Source: Klebsormidium nitens (taxonomy: Eukaryota > Plantae > Klebsormidiophyceae). From it: 64,000 bases of DNA. How positions within the stretch are numbered: the first letter of the stretch is position 1; each line of letters starts with the position of its first letter. The notes beneath the pieces were generated by a model, which was not told the origin of the DNA, searched no databases, and saw only the letters and a program-made list of their open reading frames with translations. Where the stretch lies: contig DF237092.1 of NCBI GenBank assembly GCA_000708835.1, positions 23,365 to 87,364 on the forward strand, written 5' to 3'. The position numbers were made by a program, and so were the translations under genes. This document shows positions 49,960-62,500 of this stretch, piece by piece.

Positions 49960-50508
49960 ATGAGGTCTATTCTGCTCATAGTTGCTGCCGTTGGGGCAGC
50001 TTTGGCCATCCTGGTCAATGTGATTTCGTCCCGACCAACTACTTTGCATGTGGAGCGTGGAACAGAGATTGCTGCGCCCAAAGCACACGTCCTTGATCAC
50101 ATTGCTGATTTAGAAAGGTGGGGGCTTTGGTCACCTTGGGAGGGCAAGGATCCTGAAATGAACAAGACATTCTCTGGTGCACAAAAAGGAGAAGGTGCCA
50201 TCTATGAATGGGCGGGGAATAGTGAGGTTGGCGCTGGGCGCATGGAAATCCAGAATGTGGAAGATGACAAGGTTGTCCGGATACTACTCGACATGTTCAG
50301 ACCGATGAAGACCAAAAGCAACGTCACATTTACCCTTGATGCACCAAGCGAGGGGAAGACAAGCTGCAGCTGGTCAATGGAAAGTGCACAGGATTTCATC
50401 GGCAAGGCCGCTGGGTTGTTCTTGGACATGGATCGCCTGATTGGAGCAGACTTTGAAAGTGGCCTTGCAAACTTAAAGAAATTGCTTGAAGCAAAAGACA
50501 ACATTTAG
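49960..50508 (+). CDS. SRPBCC/polyketide-cyclase (START-like) protein with N-terminal membrane anchor, bacterial type, intronless
   Basis: 182 aa: hydrophobic N-terminus, then VERGTEIAAP..V...ADLERW..WSPW...DP......SG...GEGAIYEWAGNSEVGAGRMEI..., ending MDRLIGADFESGLANLK. This is the typical bacterial SRPBCC pattern. Confidence 0.9.
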   Translation: MRSILLIVAAVGAALAILVNVISSRPTTLHVERGTEIAAPKAHVLDHIADLERWGLWSPWEGKDPEMNKTFSGAQKGEGAIYEWAGNSEVGAGRMEIQNVEDDKVVRILLDMFRPMKTKSNVTFTLDAPSEGKTSCSWSMESAQDFIGKAAGLFLDMDRLIGADFESGLANLKKLLEAKDNI

Positions 50509-51518
50509 TCAAACCCAAGTCCACATCGATTGGCAGTCAATGACAGTACCATCTCAATCCTTGAGAAACTCGAGAATCTTGAACATCAATTTTGGAGTTC
50601 AAGATGCAGTTCCCAACCAGTACAATCCATTTTTGTAGCCACCACGGTAAAACCGAAAGCCTGAGGTGACTGCAGGCACTGCAAAACTGGCCTTGGCCAA
50701 TGTACATTTATTTGAGGAGGTTAGTTTTGCAAGTGCAAACATTATAAGGAAGGCACTGTAAGGGAGATATCGATAAGAGTGCCTTAGAGGACCCAAACGA
50801 GTTGTGGTTTGATAAGTATTCATGGAGCGTTCAAGTTTGTTCCAACTTGGAGTTGTCATGCAACGAGTCAACTTTCCTGAAGGTGCGCGGAGAAATACAA
50901 ACCGGGTCTGGCCGCCGGCACGACTAGATAACAGCATGACTTGATTGTCAGGCATGCAAGCGGCAAACTTGATGTACCAAAGCGTCGATCATTTATGCGC
51001 CATTTATGCACATGGGCGGCCATGCTGCCTAGCTACATTCATGTAGGGTACACCGTCATGGACGTTGACAATCGCGACTCAATCACGCTCATGCGTGACC
51101 CCCTCATGAGACCCGGATCTGTGAGCACTTACGGGCATCATGCAGCGCACGCACCATACTAGTCCCGATCGGACCGGCCCTCGGATCATCTAAGACGCGG
51201 CAATGCTGATCACGGCGATGATTGCTTGCTGCATTGCCGTACTAATTGCGTGCACGCCGGAATCAGTTCAAGATTGCATTGCAACTGGAGCAGCCATGTC
51301 CTAACAAACTGTCGCACACTGGACGGCCGTCTCAAGAGAAGAACACACGTTATGTCGGACCGGCCCATCGATGAGAAGTCCAATTGGACTTCGGTTCGCA
51401 AGCAACTCAGTTATATGTCACTTCTATGAAAAATGTACGAATGTTCAAAAGCAGGCAGAAAAGACCTCGACTGACTTGTCGGATACATTCTCCGTGGGCT
51501 GCATCCAAAATAGGCTCG

Positions 51519-54500
51519 TCAAAACTTGTTTTCTAGATTGAACTTCGTCTCTCCCATCAGCTTTTCAAGCCAGCTTTTGCTCGCTCTAGAACCAACCCTA
51601 CCTCTCAACAACGCGTCAATTTCTTTGTAAGTCGGCAAGGTCTCCGAGCTGGTCACGACGTCACTCTTACCTCGGTCATCAATAAGGTACACCTGCGTAA
51701 AACGCTGAGGTTAGACTTGACAACAGAAAGAATGTTATCAAAGGCTTTCACCACGAATTCCGTCAAAGTTATTATGCAGCACCGAACAAGGTGTATCAGC
51801 AAGTTGCGCATCTGGAATCGTCCAAACGAGCAATACATCATTTCCATGTAACTTCGATGCAGAATGCTCCACTCTCAACGAGTTGGCGACTACTGTCAAG
51901 ACGGACAACTTGTGCGAACACATCATCCCTTGTCAATATTTCCGCATCTACGCGTGTTTAGGCGTGGCTTTGCGGGTGTTTGCAATGACTGTCAAAAGAC
52001 TTTTGACTCAAGCTCCGTCCTCCACTCAAACAGATGCGATTCACGATCAGGTACGCACCTGATAGGGTCCAGGATAGCACCGCAGTATCCGCACGTCCTC
52101 CCCTTGGATCCTCTTCTGTTGTAGCTGGTAAGCCGGCTCAAAAGTCGCTAAAAAGTCCTCTGAAGCCTGTTTTCGCGCGCCAAATCCAAAGTCGGAAATC
52201 ACCTGCGCGCAAGCAAGAGAGCGATCTCAGAACTCTGGATAATCAAGCAGCTCTGATCTCTAAGAATGATGAGATCACTGTGTTCGTACTTTGTGCGGCC
52301 AAATCATGGCAATTTGTCCACGGAGGCTGCCAAATACAGCGGCTAGAAACACGGGGAATGTGCAAAGGGTTTTGATGGAGAAAGTTTTACCCGACTCTAC
52401 GAGGCTGGAACAAGCTCTCGGCATAAGCGTACGAATCGGTTGGACTTGTGATCTGACAACTCGCCAGTGTTAAAACTCTCCCGGTATCGAGCAGGAAGGG
52501 AAAGATAGGCGAGCGAAGGCCCGCTCGGTTTTACTCTGTTGGGATATTGGGATGCTTTTAAAAGACGGGTAATCAGCCAAGATACAACAAATACCCTCCG
52601 CTTAGAAAAAAGGCGGAGACATTTTTTCAAGCCGCGAAACCTCGATGAAAGAAAATGCATAAAGCATAGAAAGCGTGCAGATATGTTTGTTGCTTCATCC
52701 GAACATGCCGAGCAAAAAGGGAGCAAGCATCCCCGGATCTGCCTATCACCGCGCCAATTGCATGCTGCCGTCTTCTCAAAAGTAACCAACAGGCGAGATT
52801 GACGGACACCCTCTGAAGTCTAGAAACTCCGTCAGGATCGAGCAATGAGCGCACGGAATGCACTAGTTCAGGCTGTCGCTTCGGTGTCCGACAAAGAAAC
52901 AACCTGCACTATCGTCTCGAAACTCGCCACAATATCCTCTTAGTCCAAGACCGACTTTGTTTTTGCTACTTACGGAAAGCATCACCAGGGCTCTTTCAGT
53001 CCGACTCTTCTTATAAGGTCCAAAAATCCCTCCTCCAAAACGGGTGCATGGAGAGAGTCCAGATTTTTTGCAGATGCAGGCAAAACAGACCTCACCTGGC
53101 CCGCTTGCCATTGCGGATTCATTATCAACAACGGTCGCCCCTCCACTGCCGCGAGCCGCTCTAGATCCGGAACCGTCTCAGCGTTCGGAAACAACACGAG
53201 AGCCACGCTGTCGCTTTCCCAGACTCCGACCGCATCCGCTTCGTCTAGCAAAGTCTTCTTGCTCGCTTCTGCGGAAGAAGTGCCGACGAGGCCCCGTAGA
53301 AGAGAGTAGACGAGGGGAACAGCGGCCTTGAACTGTTGCTTGATGCCGCCCTGCAGATTGAGAGGAAAATCTCAATGTACGAGAGCATGCAGATTTCAGT
53401 CAGCAGACCCCCTTTTGATTTCCTGCGGAGGCAACCTCTGATTTTGAAGAGAGTTCAAGAGAGGGAGTGTGGCCTTGAGCTGTGGCAAGCCGGTTATAGA
53501 GAAGTCATTTAGAAAGGGAGTCGTTCCGGCGCGTCTTCGTAGAAAAGGCCGAGACACTTCGTAGAGCGGGTAGAGAGTGTGCGGCTATCACCAGTCTACA
53601 GCCAACGCTGGCCGCATAGAACAAATCAGCAAAGCTTTTGCACTACCAATGAAAGTGTTAAGCTTACTCGGTAAGACCTGGACGATAGCCGGTGGTAGTC
53701 GAATCGACTCCCAACGATGAAGAATGAAAGTCGGATTATATAAGTGGTTCGTGATCATGCGTTTCCCTATTCACGATTGACCTTCAAAGATACACCGTCG
53801 AATTCAACTCAAACTTATCATGCATCTCCTTCAGGGTAGAGACGGTCGAAGTTGGTCGTGCTCTTGAACTAAGAGATGAGGTCCTTCGCATCAATCGCAA
53901 CACTTTTAAAGTCTCAAACGATCTGCGAGCCAGTAAGCTGCTAAAACGGATCGCAATTCATCTGAATCTCAATGAGCCGCAGCTATGTCCAGCAGACTTG
54001 CACATGACTTCGCATCGAAAATGTGGAAGTGACAGGCCGGCGTACCGGCCAGTCGTCCAGGTCCGTAGCTCCAATCAGCGGCAGCAACAATTCAATCTGC
54101 AACCGCGTCTTCCCATCGGCGATTGCTCGCTGGCAGGCGCCCCGTGCTTGCTCTACGCTGAGGTCGGATGTGGTCGGAAGTGGCCATTCTTGCACGGACT
54201 TGGCTGACTGCGCCTGCAATTGAAGTTAGAAACACATCGGGTATAGGTACTGTAGTCTGTAGTGTGGCTAGGCGGGCTGACGTTGCAAGTGACGCAAAGA
54301 GATATTGAAGTTTTTGGTTTCTTCAGAGTTGGAGTCTGGTGTGGGAGGGGCTCTTGCACGGGCTTCCTGGGCAAGCCTGCGAGAGACATGTTAAGATCAG
54401 CTCTAGTATCTTCGATGTTGCCAACTGGGCCGTGATGCTACTTGTGACATGTTCCGCCACTTTGACCTTGGGATCAGGTCAGATAGTTGTGTTCCTTTTC

Positions 54501-55422
54501 TTAAATGGAGGGTAGAAACAGAAACGAAAGCGGGAAGGGCCGTTCCTGCAAGGTCTTGCCTGGCTGAGCCTGTATCCAGGAAAGGCCGGGGCAGGTCGCA
54601 AATCGAGCTCACCCCAAATTGCAACGTCAGCTCTATAATTTGAGGGGCCACTTCCCTGGGTCCATTCGGATGACATGTGCCCCTGTCATGAAGATGAGGT
54701 TTCTGCTCCAGGAGAAACGTGCCCCACGAAGAATGGAGCATTCTGTCAGATACTTTCCAGCAATGGAAAAAAAGATCATCACACTGTTGGCAATCAGCAC
54801 CGAGCGCCAAAATCAGCGTCTTTCAAAAGCGCTGTTGAAATTTAAATCAAGGAAAAAGACCACAGAAAAGTAAGCCTTCACACGATAGAAATCTGCATGC
54901 GAACAGGGGTGACAAAATGCACTGACCAGGTTGAAGACGTAAGGGAGCAATCCCCACATTTGATGGGCTTCAGCTTCTGCTAGCCCTTGTCTGCTGAATT
55001 GACAACAGCTCTGTGCATGGGCTATAAAGGCTCCAGAGTCCAAAGGGAACAGCTCACAGTCAAGCTGGCAGAAAGTTCAGGACAGTCAGTGAAAGGGCTT
55101 CAGACATGCGTCGGAAGCTTACATTGTCAGCATTGCTTGAGCTGGCCTCAACTCGCTGGCTGCCCTTCCTTCTTAAGCTGACCGCTGGAGTCTCCTTGCT
55201 GATTGGAAACCAGAGCAGCCTGCCATTCTCAGGTCGCATGACCAGATTGCCTCCCTTCCTCATACATCTCAAATGCTCGACCGCTGAGCTTGCGATCCTT
55301 GCTTGGAGTCTTTGAGGACCACTTGCTTGACTTCCACCAGATCTCTGCTCACGCACGCAACTGTTTGCAGTGCATCTGTGGCAAGCACGGCCCTGGACAG
55401 CAAAGGAAGAAGAAGCCGCCAT
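51519..55422 (-). CDS. Plastid DUF1995-domain (LPA3-like) protein, ~346 aa
   Basis: Exons 55422 (or 55437)-55123 (transit-peptide-like), 54213-54046, 53350-53096, 52202-52059, 51692-51519, all phase 0. Motifs: QARGACQRAIADGKTRLQIELLLPLIGATDLDDWP|GGIKQQFKAAVP, DEADAVGVW, LLIMNPQW..GQ|VISDFGFG, RILRCYPGPYQ|VY, PTYKEI. Confidence 0.88.
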
Positions 55423-55748
55423 TGCGGGCGCCTGCATTTGTATGGGACAGAGACAGGAATTTTGCCTGCAGATCATGCAGATCTTGGCATGGGCTAGCAT
55501 GATTTGTCCGAATTTTCGAATTTGAATCGATCACGTCGCGGCATGCCGGTTTTGATGTCAGTGACTTACGTCCCCGCTTACGTCCATGTTTTTACCCCTG
55601 CCTCTGCGGCGAAAATTGTCTACACTAAGACGTTTCCTGGAACGGCTTGAAGGGCGGCCAGTAAAAGTTGGAAATTCAAAAAATCGGTAGTACGAAAAAC
55701 TTTTGTCCAAACCATACGGTTTGTCTGGTTTGGTCACGGTGTGGCGAA

Positions 55749-58700
55749 ATGGCGCCTGTTTGTTTGGAGCGCCCTTCTCTCCCGCACACCTTCCTCTCTG
55801 CCCTTCTCTTCCTGCTGCTCGTCGCCCCTCCCAGCCTTCTGGTCTGCTCCTTCTCATTGGAGAATTCCCAGTTCCGGTACCAAGGCCGCACTTTCAGGAC
55901 TTGGGGGGCTGTCAACGGTGTAGAAAAAGCGCCCCCGGATGCTAAGATCTGGGTCTACAGTAGGATCAACAGCTCGTGGTTGCCCGTGGCTGACCTTAGG
56001 AGCATTCTGCACGAGCAAGAACAGCAAGGGGCTTTCAAAAAGCGGGAGGTGGTAAAAGGGAAGAAGACGTCTCTAACTGAGGCGCCGCGGCTGGTCTCCC
56101 ATGCTCATGTAAGTCAACTTCTAAGTCGAGCTTTAGTCAGCAACGTTCAGGTTCGAAGTCTCGAACGCCTGCGTGATGGACTTATTTGTCCAGGAAAGGT
56201 GGTGTAAATAGACAAGTTGACGTCAGACATATGACATTCAAGGAGTCAGCCGAAAAGTCGCTCCTTTGGAGGGGTAGACTAAGCTTTGGTGCAGCTGTGT
56301 TGAACTCCTATTGCCTAAGGTGCATCTTTTGGACAAGCTTCGTGCTGGCTGCCCAACCATCGTGCATGAGCTTCCCAGCTTGAACCCAACGTGGGTGGTT
56401 TGAGCATGGATGTTTGTAGATCGCGTTCCAGTGCATGCCACAGTTCCTTTAGTATATGCGCTCATCAATTGACTGCATTTCTCGTGTCAATCACTAGCAA
56501 AACTGTTGAGCTTCAGCTCGCACTTCGTTGGAGTTTTTGAATAAGAAGGCGTTTCTGTGTCCCTCAAAGAGCTGCAGCTTTCTTCTCATCTAGTTATTTT
56601 CTATGGGCTTTATATTTTGAATGACACCTTGTAAGACTTTGGCCGTTAAGAGAGGTATGAAAAGAAGATTTGTAGCATCTTTCCAACCGTTGACATTTCT
56701 ACACCTCCTTGCAGCCAAGGCGTTTAGCATTGCTGATTGTTTACTTCAACTTTGAGCACTTGCTACTCTGAGCATTCAGAGACTGTCTCTTCAGTTTCTG
56801 AAATATTGTCCCGTTACTGACGGGGCCCGACAGAAATGCTGCCAGAGTCCAGGCAGCGTGCTTGCAATGCTCCTTCAACAAGAGTTCCAAGTGATCTACC
56901 CGACAATCTCTTCTTCAACTCGCTTATTGTTTCCCCCCAACTCATAATTCGCCACAAAAAGTTCCATCTTGGCATTCACCACTTGGTTGTCCTTTTACCC
57001 CGACTGATCTACCGCTATTCTTCCCCCACTACAGGACCCCAGCAACAGCTTTGGCAGCCTCGCCCGCTTCTCCGACGCGTCCCTTTGGGTGGCGGGCCCC
57101 AGCGGGAGCGTCTACGAGCGCTTCTGGAACGGCGCACAGTGGGTCTTCATCCCGCACGACCTCCCCTCGGGGTCGGGCAAAGCGTCTGCACTTGCCGCCG
57201 TAAACCGCACCGTCATTGCCACGTCAGAAAACGGGCATGTGTATCACATGTACCAGAACTCGAAGCAGGCGCTTGTGTGGCGTTTCTGCGGGCCAAAGAA
57301 AGCGCAGGGTGACCGGGGCGAGTCGACGAAGTCAGCCGGGGGCCAACTAGAACGGGGCGAGAAAAAGCCAGCGGGGGGCCAACTAGAGCGCGAGGAAGCT
57401 GGTTCGAAGAAGTCGACAGGGGCCCAACTAGAGCGGGACGAAAATGGATCCAGAAAGCCGTCTGGGGGCCAACTAGAGCGGGACCAAACCTCGTCGAAGA
57501 AGCCGGGACATCTAGAGCGGGACGATGGGCACCTGGTGCGCGGCCCCGGGATGCCAACGGGTGAGGGGGGCACCGTCTTCTTCACGACGCGGGATGGCCG
57601 TCTTGCCGAGCTGTCAAACCTCTGGCCGAGCGCGGTCTGGGGGTACCACGGGGCACCACGAGATGCTGACGTGGCGGCGATCGCGGACGCTTGCCTGATG
57701 CGTCCGAACTTCGTTCTGGTCGTCAGTTCTGCGGGGGATTTGTACGAGTTGGAGTTGAGGCCGGCGCATGTGTGGAGGAAGCACTCGCGGGCGGGGAGCG
57801 AGTTGGAGGACGTGCCGTTGCTGCCGGGAAGTGGGTTGGTCATGCGCGGCGCGCATGGAGTGTCGGTCTTTCTGCCAACTGCGGATGGCAGGTGCGGTTC
57901 CCATTACCTGCGAGCGACTCAAAGCTTTGACTTTTCACCAGAAGAATTGAATTGGTGAAGGATGAACTCGGAGAGCTTTCATCTGCCAGATGAGAACAGG
58001 GGCTTTGGTCGATGTCTGTTGAGGACTTTCTGTCGATCCTGCTTGTCTTGGGTTGAACTTAGAGCCTCTCGTGAGTGTAGCAGAAAACCCTTTGGTGACG
58101 GACGGCGTCAAAATCTCTAGCCAGCAAGACACCCTCTGGATCTTTTCTCCAAGTTTGCAGGAAACGACGGCCGAACTGATATTAACTTCACAGACTGGTA
58201 CCCAATACTGCCAAGCCTCGTTTTCCTCTGGATCTCGGGTGGCAAGCCTCTAGAGGTACTTACCACGAATCCTGTGGTCTGTTGCTATCTTGAAACGCCT
58301 GGATATGGCTCCTTCGAGCAGCGCGGGACCCATCTCTTCTCTTGCCTCTGATTCCTTACCAACGCTGTCGACCCGACATAGCGCATCCAACGGACACATC
58401 ACATCTAATGCGCCATTTCATCATGTAGATCACGCAGGAAGCATTGATTACCCGCAGGTTAAATGAACGGCGCAGGTTGCGCAGTGCCTGCATGTGGCCC
58501 CTCCACACCAGGCCCAATAAGACTGGTGCGCCTAGTTTCGGACGATTTTGATTCCGGACGGGCAAACCCGAGTTTCAATTTCGGACTATCTGATACAGTC
58601 TGCGGCTGCACACGCGCGTGTGTAACGCTGTCGCGCGCGGCTCGTCTCCTAATAGTACTTTGAAACGCGACATCGAGAACTAACGCGCACGAGCAGCCGC

Positions 58701-59546
58701 AGACAGGGTTAACTGAGGCCGAAATCAGATTTTGTGTTTGCCCGTCCGAAATGAAAATCGTCCGAAATCAGGCGCACCAGTCTTACAATCAGTTCTTACA
58801 GAGCGAAGCAACTTTGATCCTGTTCCGTAGGTTAGCAGAGCGGCGGCGCTCACGCAACGCCTGTATATGGCTCCTCCACGGTGGTGATCCCAGCCTCAGA
58901 ACTCAAACAACCAGTACCCTCCGATCTATATCTCGTTACATGAACTACACTCAAACCCTCGCTCCAGGTTAACTGAACGATGCTGCTCATGCAACGCCTA
59001 TACGTGGCTCCTGCAGAGCGGTCCAGACATTTAATCTTTCGTTGGACCTCAGTTTTACCCTACAAACACTGCTTCTTTGCCGTATCTAAATCCATTGCTA
59101 TACCTTCTGTGTTCTGTTTACCATGCTGAAAGTCTCGTTTATCTATCCAGGTTAGCTGACGACCCCGCTCGCGCAACGCCTGGATGTGGCTCCTGCACAG
59201 CGCCCCCCCTCGGCTTTGGAACCCGTTCAACCAGTTACCTTCCAAGCCCTATCTCATAACATAAACCATGCTGAACTATTTTGGTTATCTATCCAGGTTA
59301 GCTGAACGACGCCGGTCACGCAACGCCTGGATGTGGCTCCTGCACAGCGGCCCCCCCGGTCTCGGCCTTTCGGTGCGCGGGCGGGGGCCTCTCGTCGTTC
59401 CGTACCAGGCGCTAATGGCCCAAGGGGGCGCCCCGCCAACCGTTTCCCTCCACGTGGCAGACGTTGATAAGGTCGACCCCGTGCTGTTCGCGACGGCCGA
59501 GGACGGGTCGGTGTGGGAGTACCAACCAAAGTTCAGCCTGCCCAAG
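55749..59546 (+). CDS. Plant-conserved uncharacterised secreted beta-propeller-like protein, 5' part; probably continues beyond the window
   Basis: Exons 55749-56108, 57035-57891 and 59297-59546 in phase, ending at the donor AAG|GTAAGG. Signal-like N-terminus, then SLWVAGPSGSVYERFWNGAQWVFIPHDLP, VFFTTRDGRLAEL, VSSAGDLYE, G|RLAERR..W.WLLH, LFATAEDGSVWEYQ. These resemble a land-plant uncharacterised family recalled from memory. Confidence 0.8.
57322..57525 (+). repeat. In-frame coding tandem repeat (about 5 x KK/RKxxGGQLER, 12-15 aa)
   Basis: A GGGGCCAACTAGAGCGG-like core occurs at about 57339, 57375, 57419, 57465 and 57508. Confidence 0.9.
58451..59350 (+). repeat. Four degenerate copies of the intron 2 acceptor and exon 3 start of the beta-propeller gene
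   Basis: AG|GTTA junctions at 58457, 58830, 58967 and 59150, then the functional one at 59296. Each is followed by a variant of GCAACGCCTGGATGTGGCTCCTGCAC. Confidence 0.9.
58520..58783. mobile_element. Tc1/mariner (Stowaway-like) MITE
   Basis: About 65-bp imperfect terminal inverted repeats beginning AGACTGGTGCGCC...GGCGCACCAGTCT, flanked by TA on both sides (58518-58519, 58784-58785). Confidence 0.8.
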
Positions 59547-62500
59547 GTAAGGCCCCTATTTTTTCAGCGCCTGTTCTCCTCATTCGACATGTTTTGCAAA
59601 AAGATGCGACTACTGTATAGTTTTGGTGGGAGCAGAGCGCATGGATGGGAGGTTCAGCCGGATCAGCTGTCAGGTGGGCAAAGTTACTCTGTCGCCTGGT
59701 ATGCCGTCTGTGACCTGTCATCACGAACCTGCCCAAAAGGATGAAAAGCCAACGCCTTTTCCATCAATTCATTCCCCTTGATTACTGAGCTCCGGAGCAA
59801 ATGTAAGAGCGGCTGTGACGTGTACCCGCTGCCAAATATGGCACGAGAAGTCCCTTTACGCTGAGGCCACTGCGTGTGTCGCTGAGACGAGATTGCGCCC
59901 CAGTCCTATAACCGACGTAGCTGCTTCTGCTGGCGACTGGCTTGTTCCAGCGGGAAGGAAGACAGGATCCGTCTGATTCTGATTAGGCAATACATTGCTG
60001 AGAGCTCGTGACCATTCCTTGAGTGGAGCCAAAGTGCTGCTTGACAGATTTTTGCCGCTGGTCCCACTCGCATCTCGTTCGCTTATTGCATCTGGAACGG
60101 GCTGGCTGTGAAGACAAGTGGCCTTAGAGGTCATGCGTCGGTTGGTGAACAGAAACCAGCGCTTGACATGCATTCGTGCTTCATCTGTGAACTTCGACCA
60201 GAAAGAAGCCCACATCTTTAAATCCTCGCTTGCAACATTGCCATAACCTTTGGACGGGGCCCAGAAACATTGAAAAATGAGGAGGGCTTGCCTTGCATTT
60301 ACATTGTCGATACTGCTTTCGCCTGTTTCGACGGGAGCGGCTGTGAAGCATGCGGTGCACTGCCTCATCTTAAGGCATGCAACTATTACCGACGCTGCCG
60401 ATATGGACTCTCTCATTAGGCAATCAACGTAAGCTGGTAGACTAAGCCACAGAAAAGCAAGATCTTGCGTTTGCTCCTGTTCACGATTGGGGCTGCTGCA
60501 CTTCTTGGAGTCCTATAGTTGTGTTGATCGACTTCAGGTAATGGGGTTGACCTCCTCTGTCTCGAGTGCGCCCCTTTCCGCGTAAGGGGCGGACGCAAGT
60601 GCCAGTCCATCACGAATTTGTTGGAAGTTTTGGGGAAACCAGTTGGCGATGACGAGAGGTACCGTGCGATTCCGCACAAGATTTTGCGGTTTCCTTTCTC
60701 TGAGGCCCTCCAGTCTCTTGGGCAGTACGGGTATACTGGCACGAGTAAAGCAAGGTCCTTGTGACCCCAAATAGCGCCTTTTGAAAAATAACGTGCAGCC
60801 TTAGTCAGAGAGCGTCTGCCGTTTGCACTTGCTCCTGCTTACCTTGCTTGCTTACCGTGCCACCTTAATCGACTTGCTCTCGCTTACCTGAGAGTCATGC
60901 TGACCTCTGTTGCTGCGCAAGAGCTGTGATCGACCAGCTCTGCAGTTCGAAGTTCTTCGCCAAATTGGCTGCCTTGCGGGGCCAAATTTATTGAATGCCC
61001 TTGTTTTGCACCTAAAGTTTTGAGGTCCAAGGGGTCGCTGCCTGATTACATCTCATTGGCTGAAACGTCAACAGCTTCGAGACTTACAGATTACGTTGCA
61101 AAGGCCAGTCGGAAACCAGGTTTGTCCATGCCTTGGCGCAATCTTATGTTGTATCAGTCTCGGCAGTGATATACGACACTGAAGGCCTGCTTCAAGAAGC
61201 AGTGACAAGATGCCAGTACTTTGGCCCGGATGGCAGCTTATGTCTTAAGGTCGCAGCTCATCTTTGTGTTTCAGCTTGTGATCGACTCTCAGCTTATGGT
61301 CGGGTTTCGACTTATGGCCGAGTCCCAACTTCAAGTTTCATATCAGCGCTTTCTGCGCTCAGTCTGCTCCACGTGTCCCCTGGGCAGCCAAACACCTTGA
61401 ACAACTCCTGCATATTTCCAAACTGATGCAAGAGCGAAGGGATCTACTGAAAGATCAAGCTGCCGGTTGGGGACTGCATGTAAAGGCTGGCTGTGATGGG
61501 ACCCTCGCAGAGGCCCTGCTTCAATCGATGATTGGCATCTTCATAGCAGAAGCCGGCCATTCTTTATGCCCAGGTGCTCTTGAAAACTAGGCGCTTTTGG
61601 TGGCACAGCGTCGTTGCTTTGCAAAAGCAATCGTTCTTCGTCTGCTTAGAATCGTTGTTCGTGGTTTAGCGCGTTTGTCAAATCTTCCCATTTTTTGGCT
61701 GGGGTCAAGTGGAATAAGGCGGGAGAGCCATTACATGACGAGATCGCGAAACTCGTCGAGCCTTTGTCTTGGTTACTTCGGTAACGAACAAGTCAGTCAT
61801 CGCTCTGTAATCAAGGTTGCCATGCAATATTGTAAGCAATGCGCCTCTTTGTTTCTATTGACTTTTCTATGTTCCAAAGATGTCGGTCTGGTTATGAAAA
61901 GCTATCAAAAACAAAGGCAACGACGGTCTACTCCCTGCGTGGTCTTTCGCAGGACGTTTTCATGGGAGAAAGCGGAGCCAGCCGACACTTTTTAAGTAAA
62001 CGAAAATTGCTATCCTGATCCAGTGTCTTATCTCGTGCGGCTTGGATTGTGTTTTCCCTAATCTTTATTTGCCTTCAAGCTTTTCCTTCTAAAAGCTGCT
62101 AGGAGCCACTCTAGAGGGTGGAAATCCTAAATGACCTTTGCCTTGTCGCTTGGACTTGTTCGGGGTTTTGTTGAGTATATGTAATGTTGGGCAGCTTGCT
62201 TTTGATGCATGGGCCCCCGCATGTGCACGAAGTGCCACAGATGATGTTTGCACAGCTGAAGCCAAAGCTTTTTCGTTCTGACATGATCAGTTTGTTTTCG
62301 TTGTGACATGGGCCCGAAAAATACAACTCCTGACGTGACCTGAAATCTTGTATGCAGCCAGACTTCAATCCATCAGTATGCACACGTTCTGCGAAGCACT
62401 TTGAGTAGATGCCTTTCCTTCCGGGAGTCACCCAGCCTTGATATATACCCTGCCAGTGTTGCTTATTACTTATATTGAAGCGTCACCTTATATTGTTCTG

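Noticed and set aside
54153-54389. ORF MSLAGLPRK... as first exon of the DUF1995 gene
   Set aside because: Only a weak donor is available. The exon at 55422-55123 has a consensus GTAAGC donor, the correct phase and transit-peptide character.
57213-57922. Antisense ORFs opposite beta-propeller exon 2
   Set aside because: Shadow frames; their repeats simply mirror the GGQLER repeat.
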